Below are positions 53,246-64,000 of a DNA stretch of 64,000 nt, piece by piece. The notes under the pieces were generated by a model. The model was given only the letters and a program-made list of their open reading frames with translations. It was not told the origin of the DNA and did no database searches. The stretch covers positions 7,254,001 through 7,318,000 of the forward strand of contig OX597831.1 in the NCBI GenBank assembly GCA_951406725.2, read 5' to 3'. Source of the DNA: Octopus vulgaris (Eukaryota). Position numbers and translations under genes: made by a program. How positions within the stretch are numbered: the stretch's first letter is position 1; the number at the start of each line of letters is the position of its first letter.

Positions 53246-53404
53246 AGATAGCTGGACACACAGACACAATGAGTGGAGAGAGAAGAGGAATGACGCACAA
53301 AACGAAGACGAAAATCCTTTTCCTCGCCACAAATCGCAAAGAAATGGTGTTTATTGTTAGAACGAGTTTATCTGCAAGACCCCCGAAAAGGATGTTTCAC
53401 TTAC

Positions 53405-54120
53405 CAGACGGAGGCCGGGTATCATAACAAACATGTGCGCCTACTTCTCACAACCAATATTGTTCCATATATTCCGGCAAAACTGCTCCAATATTATTCC
53501 ATATATAATTTTATTGCAATATTTATTCCATGGGAAAAATCTTTCAGAGATTCCGCAAGATGGCGGATGGCTGAGTCGAAGAGAGGCGGAGGGATATGGG
53601 GAAACAAGCTCGATGTGTTTTGTTTGATGTCTGAAATACGAAGCATTTCTATACCGTTAACTAACTAGATTTGTAATTGGCGTTGTACTTTTATCGATTC
53701 GGAATGTTCGCCCGACAAATCGTTGTCATTTTGTGCGGCATTTAGCAACGGCTATTAATGTTATTTAAGGAACTTTTTCGGTGACGGGGAAGGATATTTA
53801 CCGGAAGTCGATTGTTAGCTGCTATCATGTGTATACTGCTACATCCGGTTTCATAGCGTACTTAGTAACAGTCCACGCCGCCAACCTGACACGAGGACCA
53901 GCTTTGTTTCACAGCATTTCACACTCAGCATTTTCTTAGACTGAATTACATAAAATATTACGGTTATTCATTTTATATGCATATGTTGTCTTCTATGTTT
54001 CATTCACGAGGTTCAGTTTTCTTACATAATTTTTTGTGGTGAGGATTCGAGATGACGTTACCATAGCAATAAGTAGTCTTGTGAAAATGAGAACCGTCGG
54101 CGCACTTTGTATTATTAATG
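53405..54120 (-). promoter_or_regulatory. Probable promoter and non-coding first exon of the HMG20-like gene
   Basis: Strong minus-strand donor CTG|GTAAGTG at 53405/53404. Unique CpG-retaining sequence. YY1-like CAAGATGGCGG (53556-53566), ETS-like ACCGGAAGT (53800-53808) and ACATCCGGT (53841-53849), CRE half-site overlapping an RFX X-box-like GTTACCATAGCAAT (54057-54070). Confidence 0.6.
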
Positions 54121-57100
54121 CCAGCAGATTCTCAGGCTTCTGAGCTGGCAGAATCGGACAAAATGCGTCAGCAGTATTTCTTCCGATTTCAAATTCTGCC
54201 TCGGTCTAGCTTGCCTTTCATCCTTTCGGGGTCGACAAAATAAGTCCTAGTCGAGTACTGAGGTCGATGTCATCGATTTGTCCCCTTCCCCTTAAACTGT
54301 TGACCTTGCGCCAAAATTTGAAACCATTATTTTAAGGAGATTCTTTCATGTCGTTATTTATTGATCGTTTGTGGAACCTAATAGCATTGTTTATAAAACT
54401 TGCACCCATTTCATTTTTCTAAAAAGATATTCGTTAGTTAACTCCGAGTTAGCCTTGTAGGGAGTCTTTGATCAAAGATGTTCCAGTTTTTATTTCTTTG
54501 TGCGTTTGGCTGTGTGGTACGAAGTTTGCTTCCCAACCACATGGTTCTGAGTTCAGGCACTGCGTGGCACCTTGTGTTAGTGTCCTTGACTATAGTCATG
54601 GGCCGACCAGTCTTGCGAAGGGAGTTGGTAGACGGGAAGAGATAGATAGATACCCTTGAGTGTGTTTGTGTTTGACTACTACCACCACTTGACAAACGAT
54701 GTCGGCTTTTCTACGTCCCCGTAACTTAACGGTTCGGCAAAAAGTAACCGATGAAATAAGTACCAGGCTTAAAAAATGTACTGGGTTTGATTTGAGAGAG
54801 AGTTTGTTGCTATTTCTAGCAGAGCAATCGCACAGAAGCTCAGTTCTTCAGTAATTATAATGTTTTAAAATGAATTTATTAATCATTCGTCAAACATACT
54901 TTCTTCTACATGTGGTTGATGTTATTTTATTCATTGTACAGGGATAAACATTTATTTATCTGCTTTTAATTATGGTAATCAGAGATCTTGTCTTTCGACA
55001 AGGAATTTTCGATGTTCATATTTTAGCAGATCATTAGCGACACAAAAATGAATTAGTTACGCAAGAACGTTAATTCGAACCCGGCACCACAGACAGTCTC
55101 GGGTCACCTTCAACACGATCGGCTATTGTCGTTGTGCACCTTGCACATAAATCTTATCTTTGACTTAATGTGTGTGTGTGTGTCTGCGCGTACGACATTG
55201 CTATCTTAAAACAAAGGAATGGAAATAAATCAGGTGGGAAACGTATCACAATTCATTTAGATACGATAAATAATAACAGTTATTACATTGATATTTTAAG
55301 CCGCTTCTTAACTAACAATGTATGGCTTCTACGCTGTGACAATACGGTATTACGCGGCAGGGAAGGGAGGAACCACGCTTTATTTACTCTTTCATACGTT
55401 CACATACTTGGAGTCAATGGATGTTTCGGATCTTGCATCAGTGACCGGTAATAAAGTGACAGGGAAAAAATCGTAATTAATTTATGGTGGCCGGGAATAA
55501 AGTCACAGGAATAAAAAAAGTCACAATTAATTTATGGGACCCGGACAAAATCCCCTCGGACCCCACTTTCTAGACAAAGCCCCTGTGACTGTTTTTTACC
55601 TGGATTTCTTGCATCATGTACCCACCTCGTTCAGGCAACCCGATCGAAGTTGATTAATATTTATATATGAAACAAGGAAAAAGAAAAAAAAATTAAACTT
55701 TTTTTTAACGGATTTTGTTGATGAAATGATCAGGTACCCCACTTAATGATTTTGTGGCATTCACTTAAGCTTCTTGAAACTGCGAGTTCATATCCCGCCG
55801 AAAGCAACATCCTTCCAAGGGTAGATAAAATAAGTACTCGTCAAATGTTTTTGTTGATTAAATTGATTTCATTGGAAATCAATATTTGTGTGCAGTTGCT
55901 GTCTTCCGACTGGTCACACTGCGCACTTGCCCCGCGTGTCTGAGGGCCCAATGCTAATTTACGTACCCTGTGGTTTGCTGACAAAAATATATATACTATT
56001 AGCCTCAGCTCAAGGCTTTGCCTCTGGGACTATACGTCCTTGTTTATCTGCTTTACTTAGCAAATGACAACCCTCCATTTGGCGAATTTCAATTCACTTC
56101 ATCGCTTTCATTCTCCAGAAGCCGATAAAATAAACACCAGTCTTTTTCTAAGGACCGAATTCCCCTTCCTTCAAATAACTGGTTTTCTTCTTACCTACAA
56201 ATCAATCACATATCAATAAGTTACCGGTCCCTATCAGGGTATATATATCATGTCATTTGCATGTTGTGCTAATCGACTTTAGAATGCAGGTATTTTAAGA
56301 ATTATTACTTAAAGAATACATAATACAACAAATTATTTAAACGTCCCTTGAGCAGATCAAATGATTTCTAGCCTGTTTTTAGTATTATTCTATCTAGTAC
56401 CCTTTCATTGTTTTAAAACGGTAGGTTTGTAATCTGAGAGAGGTTTGGCTGCTATCTCTAGCAGTTTCATTGATAACACCGTTTCCTCCTAAGCAAGACT
56501 CGTTCGGTTCCATGTCAACCTTAATCAAATAGATTATAATCAAAAGCATTCCAACTTCGTGGGATTTTTTCAGGACAACACTATCCGATGTATCACTTTT
56601 TAAAACGGAGAGCAGTGATTTAACTGATATTTCTAGCATAAAGGCTCTACACGTGAAAAACTATTAGCCCCAGGCAGGCTCTGATAAAGAAAAACTTAAA
56701 ATCAAAGGCGTTCCAGTCGTGTTCATCCCGACTTTTTTCCAGTTATATTTCTGGGATGAAATGTATAATTTTTTTTTAAAGACGGTACAATGTGTGATTC
56801 TAAGGGAGATTGTCTGCTATTCTCGGCAGACCGAATAATCGCAAAGGGCTAAATCCAATGTCAAGGGGCTTTCTCTGAGACAATGAAGAGTTCTTTGTTG
56901 TAGTCGCACAATCTGCTAGTAACAACAGTCAAATTTCCCTAAACGTTAATCCAGTGTCATCATATGTGGTCAGGGACATATTCAATAAAATACCTATTTC
57001 TTTGCTACCCACAAGGGGCTAAACACAGAGAGGACAAACAAACTGATTAAGTCAATTATATTGACGCCACTGCATAACTGGTACTTATTTAATCGACCCC

Positions 57101-58391
57101 GAAAGGATGAAAGACAAAATCGACCTCGGCGGAATTTGAACTCAGAACGTAACGGCAGACGAAAATACGGCTACGCATTTCGCCCGGCGTGCAAACGTTT
57201 CTGCCAGCTCGCCGCTTTATTCAATAAAATACCTTTTGATCGAGCAGACTTAAAGATCAAAGGCGTTCTGTCCGTGACCATCTCGCCTTTTTTTTGTTGA
57301 GTTCAGGAACACATGAAATACCGCGTGAAACAATCGTTGTCAACATGGATGATCGCAGTCATACAGGAAAGACCCGTGCTGCGGTCACTGACACCGAATC
57401 AATAATCATTATCGATACACACGTGCTATTCAATACAGTCTGATATTAGGGTATTTTCACACCTCCGTAGAGGTGCCTAAAAATTGCGATTGGCGCCCAT
57501 TAGGCGCCATCGCGGGGTATTGGGAATAGTTTTCAACTAGCAATAACCACGCCTCGGATAACCCTCATTGGCTATGGTACCGCCTCTGCGCAAAGCTACC
57601 GATTACCGACTAGGGTATAGACTTATACATACTACGTATAGTATCAACTGCTGGTGTAGATATTTTATAAACTCTCCGAGTTAATTTACTTATGGGTATA
57701 ACGACGATAATTTTAAATAATTGTTTTATTAGTGTTATTTATAATTGTTTTCAATTAAAATAATAGCATGATATAAAAAAGATATTTATTAACGTAATGT
57801 TTTAAAAATATTACTTTATAGGAAGATTAAATGAACAGGGATGTACATGATTATCTCCCGTCGTCTCTTGCCGGCATCCGCCTTCGTTAATTGACTTGTG
57901 TCCGTTAAGAACAAATTATCAATTATAAATGATAAGAAATATAAATAAGCAAAAACAAAGAATAAAAAAAAGCCACAAATGAATTAATATTTTTGTTTTT
58001 ATCCTTTATAATACGGCAAAATATACGAATCATGTATACGTCACTTATTTTCGCTAAATAGTTTCTATATTATAATATGTTTTAATTATGAAATATTATT
58101 TTCGATAACATTTTGAAGCGGTTAAAAAACCACAACGATGTACTGCAATTATTATTATTATTATTCATTTATATTGGAGTTTATATCTTCAGTTTAGAAG
58201 CGATCTTAAAGAATAGCGTACCGTTTTCCATTTCGCAAACTCAAGATCGTATTTCCGATTCCGTAAGCTTCCGCATTTATTTCAGTTTCGCAAATAAATA
58301 ACAACATTCAAAATAACAGAATTACTTTAGCAACAAAAGATTTAAATGAACGAAGACTTGTTTTCTTATAGCAATGATAACGGTCAATGTT

Positions 58392-58799
58392 TACATCTTG
58401 ACCCGGAAATGAAAATCCCAAAAATATACTGGAATGGATGTAAAACAATGTGTAGGAAACGAATATAAAAAAAATGCGCGCAAAGCAACGGGAGGGTGGG
58501 GAGAGGACTTTGGAAAATTCACAAGATCCGAGCTTTTCCCTCGTAACATTAAGGAAAATGGGGTTTTTTTTCAATAAAATTTTATAGAAATACCTTTCAA
58601 ACGGCATACATTACGATTATAACGAAATTTGTGGGGGAAAATCTTTTCCAAGAGGGTGGGGATGGGATTTCGGAAAATTCACAAGATCCGAATTTTGCGG
58701 GTCAAGATGTAGGGGTTAATGTTTAGGTTAGAAAAAGTTATTTATTTACCGTTACATTGTACATACCCAAAACCACGACGGGTTGCAATGTATAACTAG
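58392..58799 (+). mobile_element. Element with inverted repeats TACATCTTGACCCG / CGGGTCAAGATGTA (58392-58711), an internal about 40-bp direct repeat, and a Helitron-like hairpin plus CTAG|T end at 58799
   Basis: Inverted and direct repeats are read directly. Classification is uncertain. Confidence 0.5.
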
Positions 58800-59015
58800 T
58801 AAATGGAAAAGCATGCAAGGTAAACAGAAAAGTTAATTTCGGCCTGTATGTGTGTACACGTTCTCGTAGTAGTAACTCACAGATAAAGGTAGAATGATGT
58901 TGTAAGAGGAAAGAAATTGAGCTCGTAAAAGTTATAGACAAATTCCACCAGTCTCAAAGCAAACTACACATAGAATTTGGTGATTTGGTTCTTAAAAGTT
59001 AGCATGTTCTTATTA

Positions 59016-59524
59016 TCTATATATATAAAACTGTAGTTGTATGAGTGTCCCCTTCGATTTAGATTCCTAACTACTCCCACATTTTGCAGTGCAGTTTAAC
59101 CAAATTCGAGTATCTTATAGTCGTGATTCATATCGAGCCCGTCTGAGTATTAGCGCGCGTCTACGATGAGTCTACGATTTTAAAAATAATTTAACATCAT
59201 TTTTTATTCCATTTTAATGCATAATTTTTCGTGTGTCGATGGCGGCGGAGTTGGCGTCCATGGTCACACCTGCACCTGTTTGCTTCTCCCCCTTCTTCCC
59301 TCCCTCGTGAAGCTATGGGGAAGGGAGTGTAAGGAAATCAACGTCGTAAAGCGTTGTCAAGGAGACCAGCGTTCTTTTAGAACAACGACTTCATGGCTTG
59401 AAGACACCAAAACAGAAATGGCTAAGAAAGCCCGAATTGGCATCTATAAGGGAAGTAAATCTCTAAAAATGCTTATATAGTTATTTCCCTTACAAACCCG
59501 AGCAACGCCGGGCGATACTGCTAG
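59016..59524 (+). mobile_element. Non-autonomous Helitron, near-identical to 33782-34289
   Basis: Same termini and internal sequence. ORFs 33985 and 59217 are nearly identical by-products. Confidence 0.8.
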
Positions 59525-61043
59525 TATATGTATAAGTTTCTTAATCATTTTGACTTTGTAACACAATAGATATCAAGCAAAAAACCACTTTATTTGAAAG
59601 TTAAAAACTATTGATGCATTTTCAGACAACTTGTTTATATCAATCATACTTATTGATTTCAAATTTTGGCACAAGGCCAGCAAATACAGGGGAGGGGATA
59701 AGTTGATTACATTGACCCCAGTGTTGAACCGGTATTCATTTTATCAACCCCAAAAAGATGAAAGGCAAAGTTGACCTTGGCAGAATTTGAATTCAGAACA
59801 TAAAGATGAACAGAATACTGCGAAGCTTTTGCCAGCTCACTGCCTTATGATAATCATGCATGCTTCTATGCCATAATTATGCTTTTCAAAACACTAACTC
59901 ACTGATACAGATGTCCTAAAGCTTTAAATTATTTCCTGAAAGAAAGACACACCTAGGTACTGCATGTGGTACTCCATTGAGTATCACAGGTGTAAAAAAA
60001 AAATATCATGAATAAATTATCAGAACAACATATAGATTATTTGGGAAGGAATCTATGTGTTGGATCCCTAATGTTTCCCTTTCCAGTTTTCTGGCTGCTT
60101 CGGCCTCACAAACTCACCTTTATTGATTGCTTCACCTTGAAGCTTTGCAAGTAAACATCAGAATACTGCAGTTGTCCACTTTTGCTACAATTTTCAAAAA
60201 TAATGTAAAAAAAATGTGAATAAATTATATTTATAATAAGTCTACTTTTGCACAGTTGTGTCTAAGATGTTGCGAATCCTCATTTTCTGGTTCATCTTTT
60301 ACATAAATTAGGTCCAAGATTCTTTTGAAAAATTATATCTTGTGTTAAAGTAAAAGAAAAATTATCTCTAATTATACCACTGACCTCTGACCTCCGTCAC
60401 TGTGAATCTCTCTCCCCTATGACTCATTCCTATTTTCCTTACATCTCCCCCTCAAACTAAGACTCACCATTCTCCACACCTCCATCTATCTTCACCATTT
60501 ATTGCTTTCACTTCTATCCTCATCGCCTTTCACTCTTTCAGAATCCTATCCACCCAGCCATCCCCAATTCTCTGCCCCTATTCTCTCTCTATCCACCTTT
60601 TTATACCTTGACAGTGCACCCTAATACCTCATTTCCACCGTCGTTTCCCCATTTCCTCCTCCTCCTCCTCTACAACAAAACACATGTTCCTGTCCCTTTC
60701 TAATTTACCTCTCTTCACCAGTCACAAAGCCACCTCTATCAATATTGTACTCCCACCTCAACTCTGGGAAAAGATTTTGCCTTGCTGTAGTTTGCAGCCT
60801 GAAGCCTTTCTTGATGTCAAATCTTGTCTTCAAGCAAAGCAATTTATTCCATGTCTTTGTATATCAAAGCAGTGTTGGACCTTTCATTTATGTAGAGCAA
60901 ATACAATGTCACCACTGTCCAAGAGGTGTCAGTATAAACACACAAAGAGGCAAATACACACACACACACACACACAGATATACAGAGAGAGAGAGAGAGA
61001 CATGGAGGGGAAGAGAAGGTATGGGAAAGACAAAAACCTTGTA

Positions 61044-61818
61044 CAAGGTGGTATCAAAAGGTTCCCAGACTAGTTTAATAAAAAAAAGTTAACGTATTCA
61101 CCTAAGTTTTAACATCATTTCCTTTGAAATAGTCCCCTTGCACAGCAATACACTGGAATCACTTTTGGAATCTGGCCTGGAAATCCTTTTCTGTGAGTGA
61201 AGAACATTCTGCAATTCACTTTTGATCTCGTCAATGGTGTTAAAACGGTGACTTTTGAGCTACATTTTCATCTTGGGGAAGAAATGGAAGTTTGCAGGTG
61301 CTAAATTTGGTGAATAGGGTGGGCGCAGAAGTGGTACCATGCTGTTTTTGGCAAAATACTCATGAGTAAGGAGAGCCTGATGCTCCACAGATCTGATCAC
61401 TTTTGCCGAATGATATGCTTCAAAGCGTCACAGTAGAACTCTCAATTGACTGTTGGGCCCTGAGGGATGAACTCTTGATGCACAATACTACATTTCTGAG
61501 GGTGATGCTCATGGCAGGACATCCAGGGACTTTCTTCTGTGCCTGTGTGACTCAAGACATTGCGTATGATCCAACGTCTCTGTAGCAGACTTCCCAAGTT
61601 GAACACAAAATCTCACGTTGGCTCTTTGTTCCTATCCATGACAAAATCACAGACTACAGCAGACACACCTGATCACAAAAACACAAATTTCACAATTTGC
61701 AAAATAAACCCAACAATGTCACTCAGCACACTGCCAGCTCTCACTGGGAAAGCAGCCATGTGCTGCCATCTGTTGGCACACTACAGAACTAGTCCGGGAG
61801 ATTTTTGATATCACCTCG
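61044..61818 (-). mobile_element. Internally deleted mariner-like element
   Basis: TA|CAAGGTGGTATCAAAAGGTTCCCAGACTAGT and ACTAGTCCGGGAGATTTTTGATATCACCTCG|TA terminal inverted repeats. Decayed PYSPxLAP motif on the minus strand near 61295-61325. Confidence 0.78.
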
Positions 61819-62028
61819 TATTTATTCAATATATACGTGCGGGTGGCACGTAAAAAGCACCCACTACACTCACGGAGTGGTTGGCATTAGGAAGGGCATC
61901 CAGCCGTAGAAACACTGACAGATCTGACTGGGCCTGATGAAGCCTTCTGGCTTTACAGACCCCAGTTGAACCGTCCAATCCATGCTAGCATGGAAAACGG
62001 ACGCTAAACGATGATGATGATGATGATG

Positions 62029-62061
<33 letters not shown>

Positions 62062-62519
62062 ATTAATAATATTTGATTTAATTTTATTAATACAGAATAC
62101 CTCAGATACGCAGAACCAATGCCAACCACCACCATCACCACCTTTATATGGCTGCACATTACATATGATAAACCAAGCAATTTTATATTCGGTGCTATTA
62201 TCAGTGAAAGGATGTACGAATTTTGCTAAGAGATGTACTATCAGCCTTATTTTTCTGTATAAATGTTGATTTATAATTTATTCCAGTGAAGCTTAAATGA
62301 GGAAGGAGACACACCAATAAAACATCTTCTTTACCAAGTGTAGTGGTAGAGCACTTATAGACTATGGTTTCCCAAAAGCACTAGTTATTAATTGGACATA
62401 TTAATTTATGACAGAAGTTACATAGAGCAAACTCAGTTTGATTCTTGGTGGATATGATGGGCCCATCTCGGGTGTCATTAATTGTCTTATAATTAGAATT
62501 AGGTGCATCAATATATTGA

Positions 62520-63170
62520 TCATTGTTCGACTGTGGTCGAGACAATGGAATTTACTATGTTATGCCAGACTTCACGGTCCAACATAGCATTACGGAGGTC
62601 CTGTTGCTGGATGTCTGTATCCCTGGAGATTACATCAGGGAAGGAGAGTGTGCACCCTCTGGTATCGCGAGCAGATGGTTTCCAGAGGAGAAGAGTAGAA
62701 AGTACCTTGTTTTCAGCTCTACAACAATGTCCAGCAAACTGGACTCTTCTACCTTTCACAAGAGATGATACAGGCGGTAGTTTCCCATATATTTGTACTT
62801 TGGTTGGATGACGCTTCCACGAGTGATTTTGAGCTCTCATAAGGAGACGAGGGTAAGTTCCATCCAACCGCCTCTCAAGCTTCTTTGATAACGTCCAGGT
62901 TTCTGAGCCATATAGTAGAATTGGTTCAACTGTGGCTTTGAAGATTTTAAGTTTGAAATCTCTACTTAGATTTGATGACCAGATCTTATGCATATCATTA
63001 CAGGCTGACCAGGCCATACCCTTTCTAGTTAGAAAATCTTTTTTAGAGGACCCAAGATATTTGTAATCAGAAACCATATTCAAGAGCATATTGTTGGGAG
63101 TATGGATGATGAAATCACTGTTGGACAGGCACTTATTTACATATTCAGTCTTGGACTCATTGAGGTAAAG
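62520..63170 (-). mobile_element. RTE-clade LINE reverse transcriptase C-terminal fragment; 63630-63960 may be a more 5' part of a related element
   Basis: ORF 62520-63089 contains YKYLGS, KLKIFKATVEPILLYGSETWTL and RRxQFAGHCxR, typical of RTE/RTEX LINEs. Confidence 0.88.
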
Positions 63171-64000
63171 ACCTTTAATTGGATAGGGGTGGTAGCATGA
63201 GATGTGCAGTCAGTCGTTATTAATTTTACAATTTAATTTACCCAGGTTAAATCTTGCTATCTACATGTGTGTGTGTGTGTAGTAAATCGCTTTCTATTTA
63301 TGTATGTATGTATCTATCTATCTGTCTATACAAGTATGCATACATACACACTCATACACACGCACACACACACACAAAGCACCCATGCTGGTGTCACATA
63401 AACAGACAACTGGAGCCTGGGCAGTTCTTTGGCTGGTCAGTTCCTACCAAACCATCCAGTCCAAGTCAGCATGGAAAACGGACATTAAATGATGATGATG
63501 ACACACAAGACATTGGTCAGCCTGGAGTTATAGTAGTCTAGGTGCCACAAAAAAGGTGCCGTGCAGTGGGACTGAACCCAAAACCACATGGTTACAAAGT
63601 GAGCTTCTTCACCACACAGCTATCACTGTGCTATGATAATTTTCCTGTTCTGTGGTGATAGGTCCCTCGTCTGAGATGCCACATGCATGACACTTTCTTC
63701 AACAGCAACCTTGTGTGTTCAGTTTGTAACCCAGGCTCTGCTGCTTGTCTGCTCGAGAAGAGCAAACTGTCAAAATATTGACTACTCTCCGACAGGTCTG
63801 TGGTCAAACCTGTGGCAGTGGAGACCTCCAGCCCCCAGAAGACATCTGTAGTCACTAATATTGGGGTGGATATGACTAGCTGCAAGTGTGGTCCCCGTAA
63901 ACGAGAGGGCTGTTTCAGCGCATGTCCCTTATTATCCTCCGAGGCAACACCTTTCCCATTTTAGATATTACTTGTTACTTTCTGTTAATATATGACATCA

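Noticed and set aside
53354-53668. Plus-strand 104-aa ORF in the promoter region
   Set aside because: Non-ATG start and no recognisable homology. Better explained as antisense to HMG20 exon 1.
55440-55610. Short repeated AATAAAGTCACAGG motifs with an inverted CCTGTGAC
   Set aside because: Looks like a decayed DNA-transposon end, but termini and TSD could not be defined.

Overview
AT-rich, repeat-dense eukaryotic genomic DNA. The SINE and microsatellite content points to a coleoid cephalopod, most likely Octopus (inferred from repeat style, not from a database hit). One protein-coding gene can be rebuilt: an HMG20A/HMG20B (iBRAF/BRAF35)-like HMG-box plus coiled-coil gene on the minus strand. 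It has nine phase-consistent coding exons from 47102 to 29677 (about 331-334 aa), an ambiguous terminal exon, and a probable non-coding first exon/promoter near 53.4-54.1 kb. The rest is microsatellites, several SINE families, LINE remnants (CR1-like, RTE-like), mariner relics, TTAA/piggyBac-type MITEs, non-autonomous Helitrons and a tRNA-Gln pseudogene. Most ORFs in the supplied track are microsatellite or repeat artefacts. The most unusual signal is three unrelated repeat elements that each carry a type I hammerhead-ribozyme-like motif with a different N3-N8 core pair: C3-G8 at about 6.0 kb, G3-C8 at about 26.8 kb and U3-A8 at about 30.1 kb. Two of them sit at the centre of long fold-back palindromes within the probable HMG20 transcription unit. 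All ribozyme, splicing and editing ideas are predictions read from sequence and are untested.
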